Assembly (NCBI GenBank): GCA_046758445.1
Contig: JBHIAE010000026.1
Coordinates: 1 to 39,429, forward strand
Direction of reading: 5' to 3'
DNA: 39,429 nt
Source of the DNA: Candidatus Thorarchaeota archaeon
GTDB lineage: Archaea; Asgardarchaeota; Thorarchaeia; Thorarchaeales; Thorarchaeaceae
In this document: positions 10,101-17,940 of the stretch, in pieces
Position numbering within the stretch: position 1 is the stretch's first letter
Layout of the letters: each line of letters opens with the position of its first letter
Translations under genes and position numbers: made by a program
Notes under the pieces: model-generated
What the model saw: only the letters and a program-made list of their open reading frames with translations
The model's database searches: none
Told to the model about the DNA's origin: nothing

Positions 10101-10299
10101 TACCGCCAGACCAATTGATGTTGTAGTCGAAGACTGGCGTGTCGTCGTATGTTGTGTGCGGGTCGTATGCTCTTACCCATCCAAACTGAACAAGAACAAA
10201 GGAGTAGGTTGCCCAGACTATCATTGCGACTAGAATGAGGGAGCTAATTATGGTGGTAGCACCCATCCTTTTGTCGTCAGTCGTAACGGCGGCACTCAA
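4150..10299 (-). CDS. Giant surface protein: N-terminal TM + TgpA-like transglutaminase-fold domain (triad lost) + ~14 Ig-like repeats + TM + cytoplasmic DUF4129
   Basis: 2049-aa ORF; LWRSTAYDSYDGSGW and FATAYCVFLRYLNIPARMALGY transglutaminase-family motifs; ~100-aa beta-rich repeats with many N-x-S/T sequons; TM LLLPLGAISVAVVVVFLYLYFV; SETARDY...YEEARFSDH; TTG start with GAGG upstream. Confidence 0.88.
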   Translation of the reverse strand: MSAAVTTDDKRMGATTIISSLILVAMIVWATYSFVLVQFGWVRAYDPHTTYDDTPVFDYNINWSGGRSNWFENINYTDVPMDLPFPDDLLGQMENTLFYVAPEDPPQLWRSTAYDSYDGSGWSKTSLTQVPLAEIDPSATTNQIYRVYLNVTPGQSGGSIELPALFPEVMIIQNSFETGTLVGGAYQPDTSSRLQSYELYTDDYGTALQNPFFVNVPAGESLLLSYLVSYEDQDLLDVANRALNGDQAPPAVSSMYSTLPGVTLTQRVIDNASQFLASGNAYQTAVAVDSYFRSGIFELILDNYNDRPPAGQEVTDWFLERGGGLPMDFATAYCVFLRYLNIPARMALGYAVGDAMGGYREIKVRHMMFWAEVFVPMTGHPDGGEWIQVLPIPLPGSMGGGQDPANTGSGNAELWVWPSVSPPWVPIGTNFSFYALLMVDYVPVSTPETIFFYDNTDSVAMGSAQIQPGAPPLATLPYQFPVSSTIGPHNISVTYVSAGFSVSNWTIVSATSTPIPMVASSEPEKTFFLSETIDIDIKLALDNYTAHWNDTLNIRGIMTDEWGQPVDGTTLNNPWMQTIWDGVQLGSARIQSDGSYLFPLYIDGTNATLMSLMTPGVHDLWAYYAGENDTVTGLPIYLPVSSNRSTVTMYGLATSNLLVTPNPAWRGATLHYEGTLQLFNGTILAFESVDIYFNGTYLTTRVTNVSGFFQYDYPIAIDQTLGWANAYVNWTSTIAGVSDSSDLIPVEIRRRPTDLSNVDSWPRDPMAVHILQNITIYGNLLDGVNGTGLVGKTVDFWWDDGTSVVSIGSNTTVAGGYYEYTYTVPSGYEGFVDYWVTFTSPDTYYDDTQSPILTIEVKKWDVDISIFADPDPVYQLGTMTIQGVVTFPEIPWPFEGARLTIWWYNATDGLHNLTSVVTNSTGGYVYYHQVPLNHEEGNVTLYASFISPYPNVNDAESPHLYPIVEAPTTLVTVSSNGSVFYLNETVHIYGQVLFGGFPLSGGDVTIYWSNSTDTLTFPDTTNFTGHYELFYPLSPGDGEGTITVTVDHSVSGASGMLVPSLWTQLYQTDISVNAINGTYHLDEVLYYTGTLTFVHNGNPIPGATITVWYSNSTGTYPYTKVTDATGSFSFQYNFSLTDALGGIWIWSEYTSSDPLWSDAISVTQGSTIILYDLELNAVIPPTIYIDQGLLIQGTLTYLGGFPPLVGENVDIFISRNMGGPWALVASPLTNDTGFFTYTHYFTVPPDTEGSYYFKCNYTSTSPYNNDATTPPIEVIAERYPVMLDVLLLPNPVYQNETLTVQAHLYFAHNGSGIAGATIVLYWFNGTTHRLDDIPLVTDGTGWVSYVYSEMDEDSVRSGIEVYAYFAGTPFIEEGETLPHPTLTLLQWQTVISGFDAGVSPYNILQTIPISGTLTYVIVPEPIGGTTVQILVDRNPVGPAITASDGSFTFNWPIPETTVPGQHAISASFVSPWNWVADYTTPPLIVDILRYPVDLTATADTYVVYRGNSVTISGNLRFTNGSGMAGYQVDIHWVNGTDWVVQTITITDAVSGSYAYVHPISWEHPVGMSQYYVAFNRPNLAFETASTVREAIEVRDQVLLLLDAQSQWTVERGSDLIISGSGTDGGRRVAFVPIQILADGNVSLGSIITESDGTFTMTIQVPATATKGTHNISLQVDPSSYFDSIGPSDFWLVDVFVDTIVSVGIPQPYEVLPGENITVSILVQDVDTNPVLDADVSIYLGTDHLADVTVPDSGDTFQVTIPSDWTESSVYPVSVVYGGDAGQYVLNSTGQSTDMVHFIANVNFDFGATPQTVINGTDFTISVILTDELGTPIRYRDVTLNLNQVTIVPRTTDSNGAVTLLYRVDPVGAFTVSATLLSAEVTDRDSQLITIDIVPPGPGLPGLLDLLLPLGAISVAVVVVFLYLYFVRGFGRGLISSPASDLARKMRRIKKLADQGKYSAAISLTYRTFEDTCGTNTGVTRLYSETARDYVDRVLKEVSLDDFSVIQLLQAYEEARFSDHELTRDRYEDTMRVFTDLYPQIEAVSITEPR
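4620..9070 (-). repeat. About 14 tandem, highly diverged ~100-110 aa Ig-like (beta-sandwich) protein repeats
   Basis: Recurring pattern (T/V)xLxV..P.V..G..L.I.G.L...G.P..G..V.I.W.NG...T...G.F.Y...P...G...I.A.F.S counted by eye; repeat is at protein level only; boundaries approximate. Confidence 0.75.
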
Positions 10300-10509
10300 G
10301 TGATTATACCTCTCATTGTCTAGGTCCTAGCGCATAACCGAGGCAGAACCCGCATTAGGTGGTGAGCCTATCTACCCTCAATCGTCCGGTTCAAAGAATT
10401 AAAGGGTTTCTCGGACCTGTTCACGGTTCCATAAATCGAGAGGCCTTGATACGCAGCAACATCAATATGTGCTTCTCCTAGATACGCATCAAGACAATTA
10501 GGAGAGTGT

Positions 10510-11097
10510 CTGACAATCATTCCTGAAGACAAGATTGACTCGTTCGTCAGAAGAGAGATGTCGCGCTCGAAGGCCGGTGCCCATGCGTACGATCATGTAA
10601 GACGCGTCTATTCCATATCGATGGAGCTGGGAAGGGCCTTAGGTGCAGACCTGAGGATTCTGGCGGCCGCCGCACTCCTCCATGACGTCGGACGTGTCCG
10701 AGAGGAAGAAACAGGAGTTTCTCACTCTGTTGTTTCCGGGGAGATGAGTGAAGACATTCTCAAAGAACTGGGATATACTGATGCGGAGATTTATGGTGTG
10801 AAGAGAGCCATCAGAACGCATCGTTTCAGCGAGAATCTTACACCTGTTTCGCTTGAGGGGGAGATTCTTTGTGATGCAGACAAGCTTGATGCAATGGGTG
10901 CTATCGGGGTGTTCCGTGCCATAGCTCAGGCCGCTATAGAAGACCTAGGCTTTGAGGCATTCTTGAAACATGCGGATCAGAAGCTTCTCAAGCTTCGCGT
11001 CTTGATGCACACTGATGTGGCAAAGAGAATGGCCGAAGAGCGTCACGCAGTGCTTGACTCTTTTGTTGTCCAGCTGCGCAGGGAGCTTGGGACCTAG
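10510..11097 (+). CDS. HD domain metal-dependent phosphohydrolase (YedJ-like)
   Basis: H...HVRRV, LLHDVGR, THRFS, DADKLD motifs. The ORF track starts at ATG 10558, but the frame is open to an in-frame CTG at 10510 just after GGAGAG; start uncertain. Confidence 0.85.
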   Translation: MTIIPEDKIDSFVRREMSRSKAGAHAYDHVRRVYSISMELGRALGADLRILAAAALLHDVGRVREEETGVSHSVVSGEMSEDILKELGYTDAEIYGVKRAIRTHRFSENLTPVSLEGEILCDADKLDAMGAIGVFRAIAQAAIEDLGFEAFLKHADQKLLKLRVLMHTDVAKRMAEERHAVLDSFVVQLRRELGT

Positions 11098-11108
11098 GAT
11101 TGGGGTGG

Positions 11109-11693
11109 TTACTTCTCAAGGAATAGCTCAAGATAGGACTCTCGAATAGACGCTTCGGGATCAAGTCCTAGTTTGATGAGAATCTGGAACATCTTCGCTC
11201 GTACCGGCTCTATCTCATTCTTTGACGTAACCACCCTTTCAAGCTCTAGGAATTCGCCCACCCTTTCTATGTCATCAAGACTCAGAGTCAAGTCATCTAG
11301 GGAATAGAAAACACGTTTCTTGACAATCTCGGCCACGGGCTTGAATCCAAGATGGGTCAGAATTGATTTAGCAATGTCCAACTCGTCTAGACCCACTGAG
11401 AGCTCCACCCGGGTCTTTGACGAAGGATCGAACTTCGAACCCTTGTAGGTGAGTTCGTAGAGCGGTCTGGATTCATCAACCGGTTCTGACGATCTCCGTG
11501 AATAAGGGATCCTGCTCCTCAACCTTATGGCTTCGTCAGTCTGCTGAAATGCCCTACAAGGATGGTCGTAGTATGTGTCGATCTGAGTTTCGCTGTTGAG
11601 CCTCTCGGCTCCTATGTGTTCGAGTGAATCTCCCAACTGTTCCAAGTTGCCAACAGGAATCTTAACCTCTACTTCAAAACTGGTTTTGTTCAA
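11109..11693 (-). CDS. cyaB: Class IV adenylate cyclase / CYTH triphosphate tunnel protein
   Basis: N-terminal EVEVK (ExExK), QIDTYY, LTYKG, KKR, FLELE, YLEL motifs. Confidence 0.92.
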   Translation of the reverse strand: MNKTSFEVEVKIPVGNLEQLGDSLEHIGAERLNSETQIDTYYDHPCRAFQQTDEAIRLRSRIPYSRRSSEPVDESRPLYELTYKGSKFDPSSKTRVELSVGLDELDIAKSILTHLGFKPVAEIVKKRVFYSLDDLTLSLDDIERVGEFLELERVVTSKNEIEPVRAKMFQILIKLGLDPEASIRESYLELFLEK

Positions 11694-11822
11694 TGTGAAT
11701 TCCCTCTAAGTAGGCTTCCATCAGATTCCCACATGCCAAACAGGAGTTAGGTGTTTCTCCCCACTGGGAAATTGATGTTTCTGAGCCAAAATCCACATAA
11801 CTAGAGTAATAGTCCCATCAGA

Positions 11823-13085
11823 ATGGGTGTCACATTGTCTAGGGTCATTGAATACAAATGTGCAAAGTGCGGCAAGGAATACACAGACGAAGACGTACCA
11901 CCAAATGACAACTGCGGCGGCAGGATTGACATAACCTTTGACTTGGAATCCTTGAAGGAGGTACTCTCCAAAGACAACATTAGACGTAGAAAGGGAGGGC
12001 TTTGGAAGTACTTCGAGCTCATGCCCCTCAGACATCGAGAGAGCATAGTGACTCTTGGTGAAGGAGATACCCCGCTTATCAAAGCCGCCAGGTTAGGAGA
12101 AGCCATCGGCCTACAGAATCTTTACTTGAAGCTTGAAACTGTCTGTCCGTCCGGGTCCTTCAAGGACCGTCCGATTTGCGTAGGTGTGAGTCGTGCAAAG
12201 GAGGATGGAGCTGAAACGGTTGCTGCGGCATCATCTGGAAATGCTGCTGCCGCTATGTCCACATACGCGGCAAGGGGAGGGTTGAGAGCGGTAGTGTTTG
12301 TGCCTGAGGACGCTCCTGCTGGGAAGCTCATCCACCTCAGGACCCTGGGGGCTCGGGTCTTTCGCGTTCGGAAGATGACCGAAGGTGTTGATCCCACTAC
12401 GACACTGCTCCGTGCTGCCATTGATGAGCTAGGATGGACGCCCAGTCCCTCCTTTGGACCCTTCAACTGCTTTCAGTTCGAGGGCACCAAATCACTTGGA
12501 TACGAGGTCACAGAACAGATGGACTGGGATGTCCCTGATTGGATTCTATTCCCTACGGGGAGCGGTGGGCTCATGGCAGGTACAATGAAGGGCCTGTACG
12601 AGTTCCAAGAACTGGGGTTAGTTGAAGAGATATCGAAACCTGTTGTTGTTCAACCAGAGGGCTGTGCACCAATTGTGAGGGCATTCAATGAAGGACAGGA
12701 CCCCCTAGACATCCGACCCTGGGACTCAAACGTGACTGTTGCTGGCGGACTTGCAGACCCATTCCCCTGGGACGGTGATGCGGCGCTGAAGTATCTTGGT
12801 CTTGCCAGGGGACAGGCGGTGGCTGTCCCTGACAAACAGATTGAGAGGTTTCTGATCTTGCTTGGCAGGCTGGAAGGCGTCTTTGCCGAACCCAGTGGAG
12901 TTGCCGCGCTTGCGGGCCTTGAATCTCTTCTTGGTCAGGGCGTGATTGACAGGTCAGACTCAGTGGTTGTACCCATAACTGGCTCTGGTTTCAAGGACCT
13001 CAAGACTCCTGATAGGCTGACACCGCCAGTTGTGTTGATCAATCCTAGAATCGATGAGTTGATGGGGTCTCTTGAAGACGCCTAG
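11823..13085 (+). CDS. thrC: Threonine synthase (fold-type II PLP enzyme)
   Basis: LGEGDTPL, PSGSFKDR (PLP lysine), ASSGNA, PTGSGG, EPSG, TGSGFK; a ThrC-like paralog with another substrate is not excluded. Confidence 0.88.
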   Translation: MGVTLSRVIEYKCAKCGKEYTDEDVPPNDNCGGRIDITFDLESLKEVLSKDNIRRRKGGLWKYFELMPLRHRESIVTLGEGDTPLIKAARLGEAIGLQNLYLKLETVCPSGSFKDRPICVGVSRAKEDGAETVAAASSGNAAAAMSTYAARGGLRAVVFVPEDAPAGKLIHLRTLGARVFRVRKMTEGVDPTTTLLRAAIDELGWTPSPSFGPFNCFQFEGTKSLGYEVTEQMDWDVPDWILFPTGSGGLMAGTMKGLYEFQELGLVEEISKPVVVQPEGCAPIVRAFNEGQDPLDIRPWDSNVTVAGGLADPFPWDGDAALKYLGLARGQAVAVPDKQIERFLILLGRLEGVFAEPSGVAALAGLESLLGQGVIDRSDSVVVPITGSGFKDLKTPDRLTPPVVLINPRIDELMGSLEDA

Positions 13086-13087
13086 TC

Positions 13088-14089
13088 GTGAAGAAGAGTG
13101 ATGAGATGGTCAACAAACAACTTCGTCAGAAAGCAAAGGAAATCGCGAAGAAGTATGGCTATCTCCAGTATATGATTGAACGATACCTATCTCTCTGGGG
13201 TGAGGACGAAACAATCAGTTTCATTGAGGCCTGCGAAAGTCCCGTTAGGACATCAATCAGAGTCAACACACTCAAGGCGACGGTAGAGTCACTGAAACCT
13301 CGCCTTCTGAATAAAGATGTCGCTCTTGAGGCAATCCCATGGCTGAAGGAGGGGTTCTGGGCCGACTTTGAGAGAGGCTCACCGGGCTCGTTGTTCGAAC
13401 ATATGCTTGGGTTCTACTATGTTCAAGGAGTGCCCTCAATGACTGTCAGCAGGGTTCTCGATCCGCAGCCGAATGAAACTGTAGTCGATATCGCCGCGGC
13501 ACCTGGTGGTAAGACAACGCATATTGCCCAGCTTATGGAGAACCTGGGAACCGTGGTTGCAATAGACGCAGACAGAAGACGAATCGCCAGTCTGGAGAGC
13601 AATATTCAGAGATGTGGAGTCAATAATGCCATCGTGCTACGTGGAGATGCAAGGAAACTAGACCGGACGAATCTATCACCTGATAGAATCATGCTTGATG
13701 CACCCTGCTCGGGTGAGGGTCTGATTCCTCTCGATCCTTCTAGAAAGATGAGTAAGTCTATGGCCGATATCAGATTCTGCGCAACGAGAGAGGAGGAGAT
13801 GCTTGAGGCATCAGTATCTGCATTGGCTCAGGGGGGAACGCTGGTGTATTCGACATGCTCTATTGCACCAGAGGAGAACGAATACGTTGTTGATGGGATT
13901 CTTCAAAGGCATGCTGAGATACGGATCGTGGAGATACCACTGGAATTCGGTTCTCCTGGCTATGTCGAACCCTATGGTGTGCAACTAGACAGTTCACTGG
14001 CTCTAGCAAGGAGATTCCTACCTCACTTACACGGAACTGAGGGTTTCTTCATCTGTAAGATGATGAAAGAAGGTTGTGAAGCCGAATGA
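13088..14089 (+). CDS. RsmB/NOP2/NSUN family RNA m5C methyltransferase
   Basis: DIAAAPGGKT, DAPCSGEG and YSTCS (both catalytic Cys present); start GTG 13088 or ATG 13106. Confidence 0.95.
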   Translation: MKKSDEMVNKQLRQKAKEIAKKYGYLQYMIERYLSLWGEDETISFIEACESPVRTSIRVNTLKATVESLKPRLLNKDVALEAIPWLKEGFWADFERGSPGSLFEHMLGFYYVQGVPSMTVSRVLDPQPNETVVDIAAAPGGKTTHIAQLMENLGTVVAIDADRRRIASLESNIQRCGVNNAIVLRGDARKLDRTNLSPDRIMLDAPCSGEGLIPLDPSRKMSKSMADIRFCATREEEMLEASVSALAQGGTLVYSTCSIAPEENEYVVDGILQRHAEIRIVEIPLEFGSPGYVEPYGVQLDSSLALARRFLPHLHGTEGFFICKMMKEGCEAE

Positions 14090-14622
14090 CCACGGAGCTC
14101 GTTGACCCCTCAGATTGGGCGGATGTGACAAAGCAGATAGATGGTGAGTTTGGTGACGGAATCACAAAGTCGCTGCTTGGAGATTGTGCACCAATCTCCA
14201 TGAAAAGAGGTGAGGCAACATCATTCTACATCGTTCCCATGGAATGGATCAATAGAATCGGTGACTATGAACAATATGAGATTCAGTCTATGGGAGAACG
14301 TTTGGGTGACTTAGTAAGAGGGAGGTTCAGGTTCAGCCTTCAGATTTTGGACTCCCTGGTGGATCTCACAGACAGAGTGATCGTAGTTTCCGGCAAGGGG
14401 GCGGAGGCCTTCACCTACGGCCGAAGCATTCTCAAAGAATCAGTGTTCGATCTTGACTCTAGATTGAAGAGAGGGCAAAGGGTTCTCGTCCTGAATAAGG
14501 ACCGTGAGTGTATTGGACTAGCTGTTTTGTCTGTTGATGGGTCCAAGCTCAATCGACTAGCTAAGGAGAAGCTCGTTGCCAAGAACCTCGTTGACATTGG
14601 TGCCTATGTGAGAGGCGCTTAG
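14086..14622 (+). CDS. Nip7-like (UPF0113) PUA domain ribosome biogenesis protein
   Basis: AEAFTYGRSILKES and KNLVDIGAYVR resemble Nip7; ATGA overlap with the Nop2-like gene. Confidence 0.75.
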   Translation: MTTELVDPSDWADVTKQIDGEFGDGITKSLLGDCAPISMKRGEATSFYIVPMEWINRIGDYEQYEIQSMGERLGDLVRGRFRFSLQILDSLVDLTDRVIVVSGKGAEAFTYGRSILKESVFDLDSRLKRGQRVLVLNKDRECIGLAVLSVDGSKLNRLAKEKLVAKNLVDIGAYVRGA

Positions 14623-15368
14623 ACGAACATATCACTCGACCGGTCCGAGGACTCGATTGACTGACGCATCTTCTCAAGGCGTTCAATCTCGCGTGATTCC
14701 TCCAGGAGCTGTTCAACGTTTGCCTCTACCCCATACATCTCGTTAATCTTCTCCAGCATGGTGGCCGCCGACTTCGGATCCGGTCTACCGCGTGTGGCAT
14801 AGGTCAAGAGACCCAAGGCAGCTTGATCACGCATCTCCAATTCTGCTAGTAGAAGCGCAAGAGGGCCAGCCACAAATAGCCCCTCTTCAAGGAGAGGAAC
14901 AGACCATTTGTCCAAGCGTGGCGCGAAAGCGGTTGTAGGAACACATCGCATCTCGTCTTCTCCCTCTTTGAAACTGGCATCAAGACCTCCCAAAAGCAAT
15001 GCCTCATCGAACTTGTTCTTCGCAATCCATTCTGCCAGCCGGTCAATCCACCCCCATTGTTCAGAGCTATGGGGCTGAAAGCGTGGCACAAGGAAGACCA
15101 TCTTCTTTTCCGCGTACCAGTATATCTCGAATGGGAGCACCAGTCTTTCATTCTCCATTGAAACAAAGAGGGGAAGCATGTCGCTCTTGATGAAGCCAAC
15201 ACGTTCTGCATTGAGAGCTCTTGTTAGGTGCGCTGTGCTGAGAAAACCAACCTCACCCAGCCCGTGAAAACCGCAGACAAAGGTCGAATCAGGCTCGACC
15301 TTGAAGCCCTTCTTCACTATTATCTCAAAAGTCGATTCTCTTGTTGCGACAAACGCCATTACATTCAT
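14619..15368 (-). CDS. PAC2 family proteasome assembly chaperone
   Basis: GFHGLGEVGFL, LLGG, GPLALLL, PDPKSAA, VEQLLEES motifs. Confidence 0.9.
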   Translation of the reverse strand: MNVMAFVATRESTFEIIVKKGFKVEPDSTFVCGFHGLGEVGFLSTAHLTRALNAERVGFIKSDMLPLFVSMENERLVLPFEIYWYAEKKMVFLVPRFQPHSSEQWGWIDRLAEWIAKNKFDEALLLGGLDASFKEGEDEMRCVPTTAFAPRLDKWSVPLLEEGLFVAGPLALLLAELEMRDQAALGLLTYATRGRPDPKSAATMLEKINEMYGVEANVEQLLEESREIERLEKMRQSIESSDRSSDMFV

Positions 15369-15642
15369 ACCTCAGTTCGGTAGCCGAAACTCAGAGGAGC
15401 AGTTCCTTGTACGCGTGTTAATGACTGCAATCTGCCTATTACTCTATGTATGTGTCACATATGATACGGTTTGGTGGATTCCTGTCGCGAAAACCGTGAA
15501 GAACCGACTTCGCCAGATTGCAGAACGCTACATATACTGATTCTTCTCAGGATTTGTAGCTCTTCTTAACAGGAAAACTAATAGGATAAGGTAATGGTTC
15601 ATAGAATGAACGCGTATCTAAATCGGCGGGGTAGAATGCAAA

Positions 15643-17862
15643 TTGAGCACGCTTAGAGAGCTTGAGTTGGCACAGGTTGCACCACGTCTGCTTGAGCTTC
15701 TAAGACGACAGGGTTTTGGCACACTTACAGCATTCCAGGCCGACTCAGTGAACGAGGGAATCATGAGAGACGAGAGCCAGATACTGGTGACTAACGATTA
15801 CGACGAGGCATACGTGGTAGGTGAGATTGCAGTTCTAAACAAGGTAGCGTCGGACTTCCGTGCAAAAGTACTAGTCCTTTGTCCAAACCCACATCATGCT
15901 GAGAGGAGGTATCAGTCACTTAGTCAGAAATGCAGACGCATGGGAATTGAAGCTACAGAGATCATTCGAGAAAGGACTGCCGTCAAAGGTGACTGGGCTA
16001 ACGGTCGAGTTGTTGTTTCTACGTATCGTGCCATGGATGTTGCCGTCAGAGCACATCCAGAACTGCTTGAGAGTGTTGAGTGTGTCTTGATCGACCGCCT
16101 GGACCTAATTGGCCAGCCAGGACTGGGTGTCAGACTTGAAAGAGTGATAGTTTCGCTGATGGGATTTGCCGATCCTATACAGTACATTGCCATCTGTCCG
16201 CCAGTTGCAGACGTTCCTGAGTTGTCACATTGGCTGAATGCCCGGGCGGTTGAAGACAAGAAAGCCGAAGTAAAGATGATCTTCAGTGTGAGGGCATTTG
16301 ATAGTGTAAACGAGTCATTGGCAGACCTAACCGAGTTCGTTCATTACCGCCGCGGCCAAGTAATGATTCTCTGTGCCAACATACCTGCCAGCGAGGACTT
16401 AGCCAGACGACTTGCAGGACTAACTGAAGAAGAGCAAGACGTGACCCTTGACCTTAGGCTTGTTCCGGAGCACAAAGAGGACTTGCTCGAGTTGGCCAGA
16501 AACGTCAAGCAGTCCTACGCCGAGTGTGACATGACATCGCTGCTGGGAGCTGCCATATCGAGAGGTGTAGCATTCCTCCACGAAGGCGTTTCGAGAACCC
16601 AGAGGAGAAGAATCTCAAACGCATGGGAAGACGGAATCATCCCTGTTGCTGTGATGCCTACTCGTTTTGCGATTGCAAGTGGACTAAGAGCCACTGTCGT
16701 CTTCCTGTTGGGTGTGTTCATGCAAGAATTAGGAAAGGAGCTGACACAGGAGGATAGTGTGACCATGCTGTCCGAGTGGCAGCTGAACGACGTGCTTCAG
16801 TCTGCGGGAAGAAGAGGATTGGATAGAGAAGCATTTGGGATAGTTGTAGTGGATAACGAACAAGAACGAACTAGGGTGATGGCCCAGTACTTTGACAAAG
16901 ACCCTGAAGGGAACCTCTCTCTTAGACAAGCAGAGGTGGACAGCGTGATGGATGACCCGGACAATATCCAAGATCTTGTTCTGGGACAGATATGCGGCCG
17001 CTCAAGAGAAGAAACTGACCCCTACTCAATAATCGATCGGACTTACTGGGCGACTAGCAAAAGAACGACGACCATCCCACCTGACGGTTCACGTACACGC
17101 GACGATGCATCTGTGAAACAGCTAGTTACACTCAGGAGTACTAAGTCGACGGAGAAGCGTGCCCAAGAGATACCTGATGAGAGCGTCCGACTCGTTTCAC
17201 TAAACCCTTCCAAGATTGAAGGACTAGTGCATAGCGGAAGTAGGGAGATGTGGCATTATGTATCGCTCAAATCAGCAGACGGAGTGTCATGTTCTTGCGA
17301 GTCATGGAAGTATCAGGGAATCCGAAGACATAGGCTCTGCAAACATCTTGTGAAGTTCACCAAGTATGCTCTTCAACAGGAGAAGACCAAACCCTACGCA
17401 CCAAGTGTGATTGAACAGTCCTTACGTGGGCTTGAAACCATTGGTGAATTGGAGAAGGACGGGCTAGTACGATATGAAGACAAGAAACACAGCTGTACCG
17501 AGCTGGGTGAAGCGGTGACCTTACTAGGCGTACCCGTACGCGACGCAAAGAAAGTGATGGATGCAATAGACCAAGGGAAGGCTGATCTCAAGAGAGTCCT
17601 TCTTGGTGTGTCCAAAGCCAGAGGCAATCTTCCTAAAGGTGTGCTCGCTCGAGTTCTTGATTCTCTGCCCGCAGATACTATAGATAGCCTAGTATGCAAG
17701 GATATTGATCTCCCGGGAATAGTTGAGAATTGTGTTGGCGACTTGGACTACACCAATTTGGTTCTGCAAAGGCTGATGAAGGACAGGCGAAGGGCAAAGA
17801 TGAAACGAGAGAGTGTCGCGCTTGAGAAGAGATTCCTGACGCTGCTCAAAGCGAGCAGGTAA
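15643..17862 (+). CDS. Inactive Hel308/Ski2-like SF2 helicase homolog with SWIM zinc finger
   Basis: Q motif GFGTLTAFQ, ELSHWLNA, GVAFLHEGV and SAGR show the Ski2-like fold; Walker A/B degenerate; CSCESW...LCKHL SWIM motif; TTG start. Confidence 0.8.
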   Translation: MSTLRELELAQVAPRLLELLRRQGFGTLTAFQADSVNEGIMRDESQILVTNDYDEAYVVGEIAVLNKVASDFRAKVLVLCPNPHHAERRYQSLSQKCRRMGIEATEIIRERTAVKGDWANGRVVVSTYRAMDVAVRAHPELLESVECVLIDRLDLIGQPGLGVRLERVIVSLMGFADPIQYIAICPPVADVPELSHWLNARAVEDKKAEVKMIFSVRAFDSVNESLADLTEFVHYRRGQVMILCANIPASEDLARRLAGLTEEEQDVTLDLRLVPEHKEDLLELARNVKQSYAECDMTSLLGAAISRGVAFLHEGVSRTQRRRISNAWEDGIIPVAVMPTRFAIASGLRATVVFLLGVFMQELGKELTQEDSVTMLSEWQLNDVLQSAGRRGLDREAFGIVVVDNEQERTRVMAQYFDKDPEGNLSLRQAEVDSVMDDPDNIQDLVLGQICGRSREETDPYSIIDRTYWATSKRTTTIPPDGSRTRDDASVKQLVTLRSTKSTEKRAQEIPDESVRLVSLNPSKIEGLVHSGSREMWHYVSLKSADGVSCSCESWKYQGIRRHRLCKHLVKFTKYALQQEKTKPYAPSVIEQSLRGLETIGELEKDGLVRYEDKKHSCTELGEAVTLLGVPVRDAKKVMDAIDQGKADLKRVLLGVSKARGNLPKGVLARVLDSLPADTIDSLVCKDIDLPGIVENCVGDLDYTNLVLQRLMKDRRRAKMKRESVALEKRFLTLLKASR

Positions 17863-17940
17863 CTTTTTACGCATTAACAGTGCAGCGGGGGGCTTGAGGC
17901 CCGGGCAAGTCCTTCGATTTCCCCTATGGTGATGACATAC

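Noticed and set aside
15301-15540. 79-aa plus-strand ORF in the PAC2/helicase spacer
   Set aside because: Overlaps the PAC2 start antisense, no SD or family motif; cannot be supported
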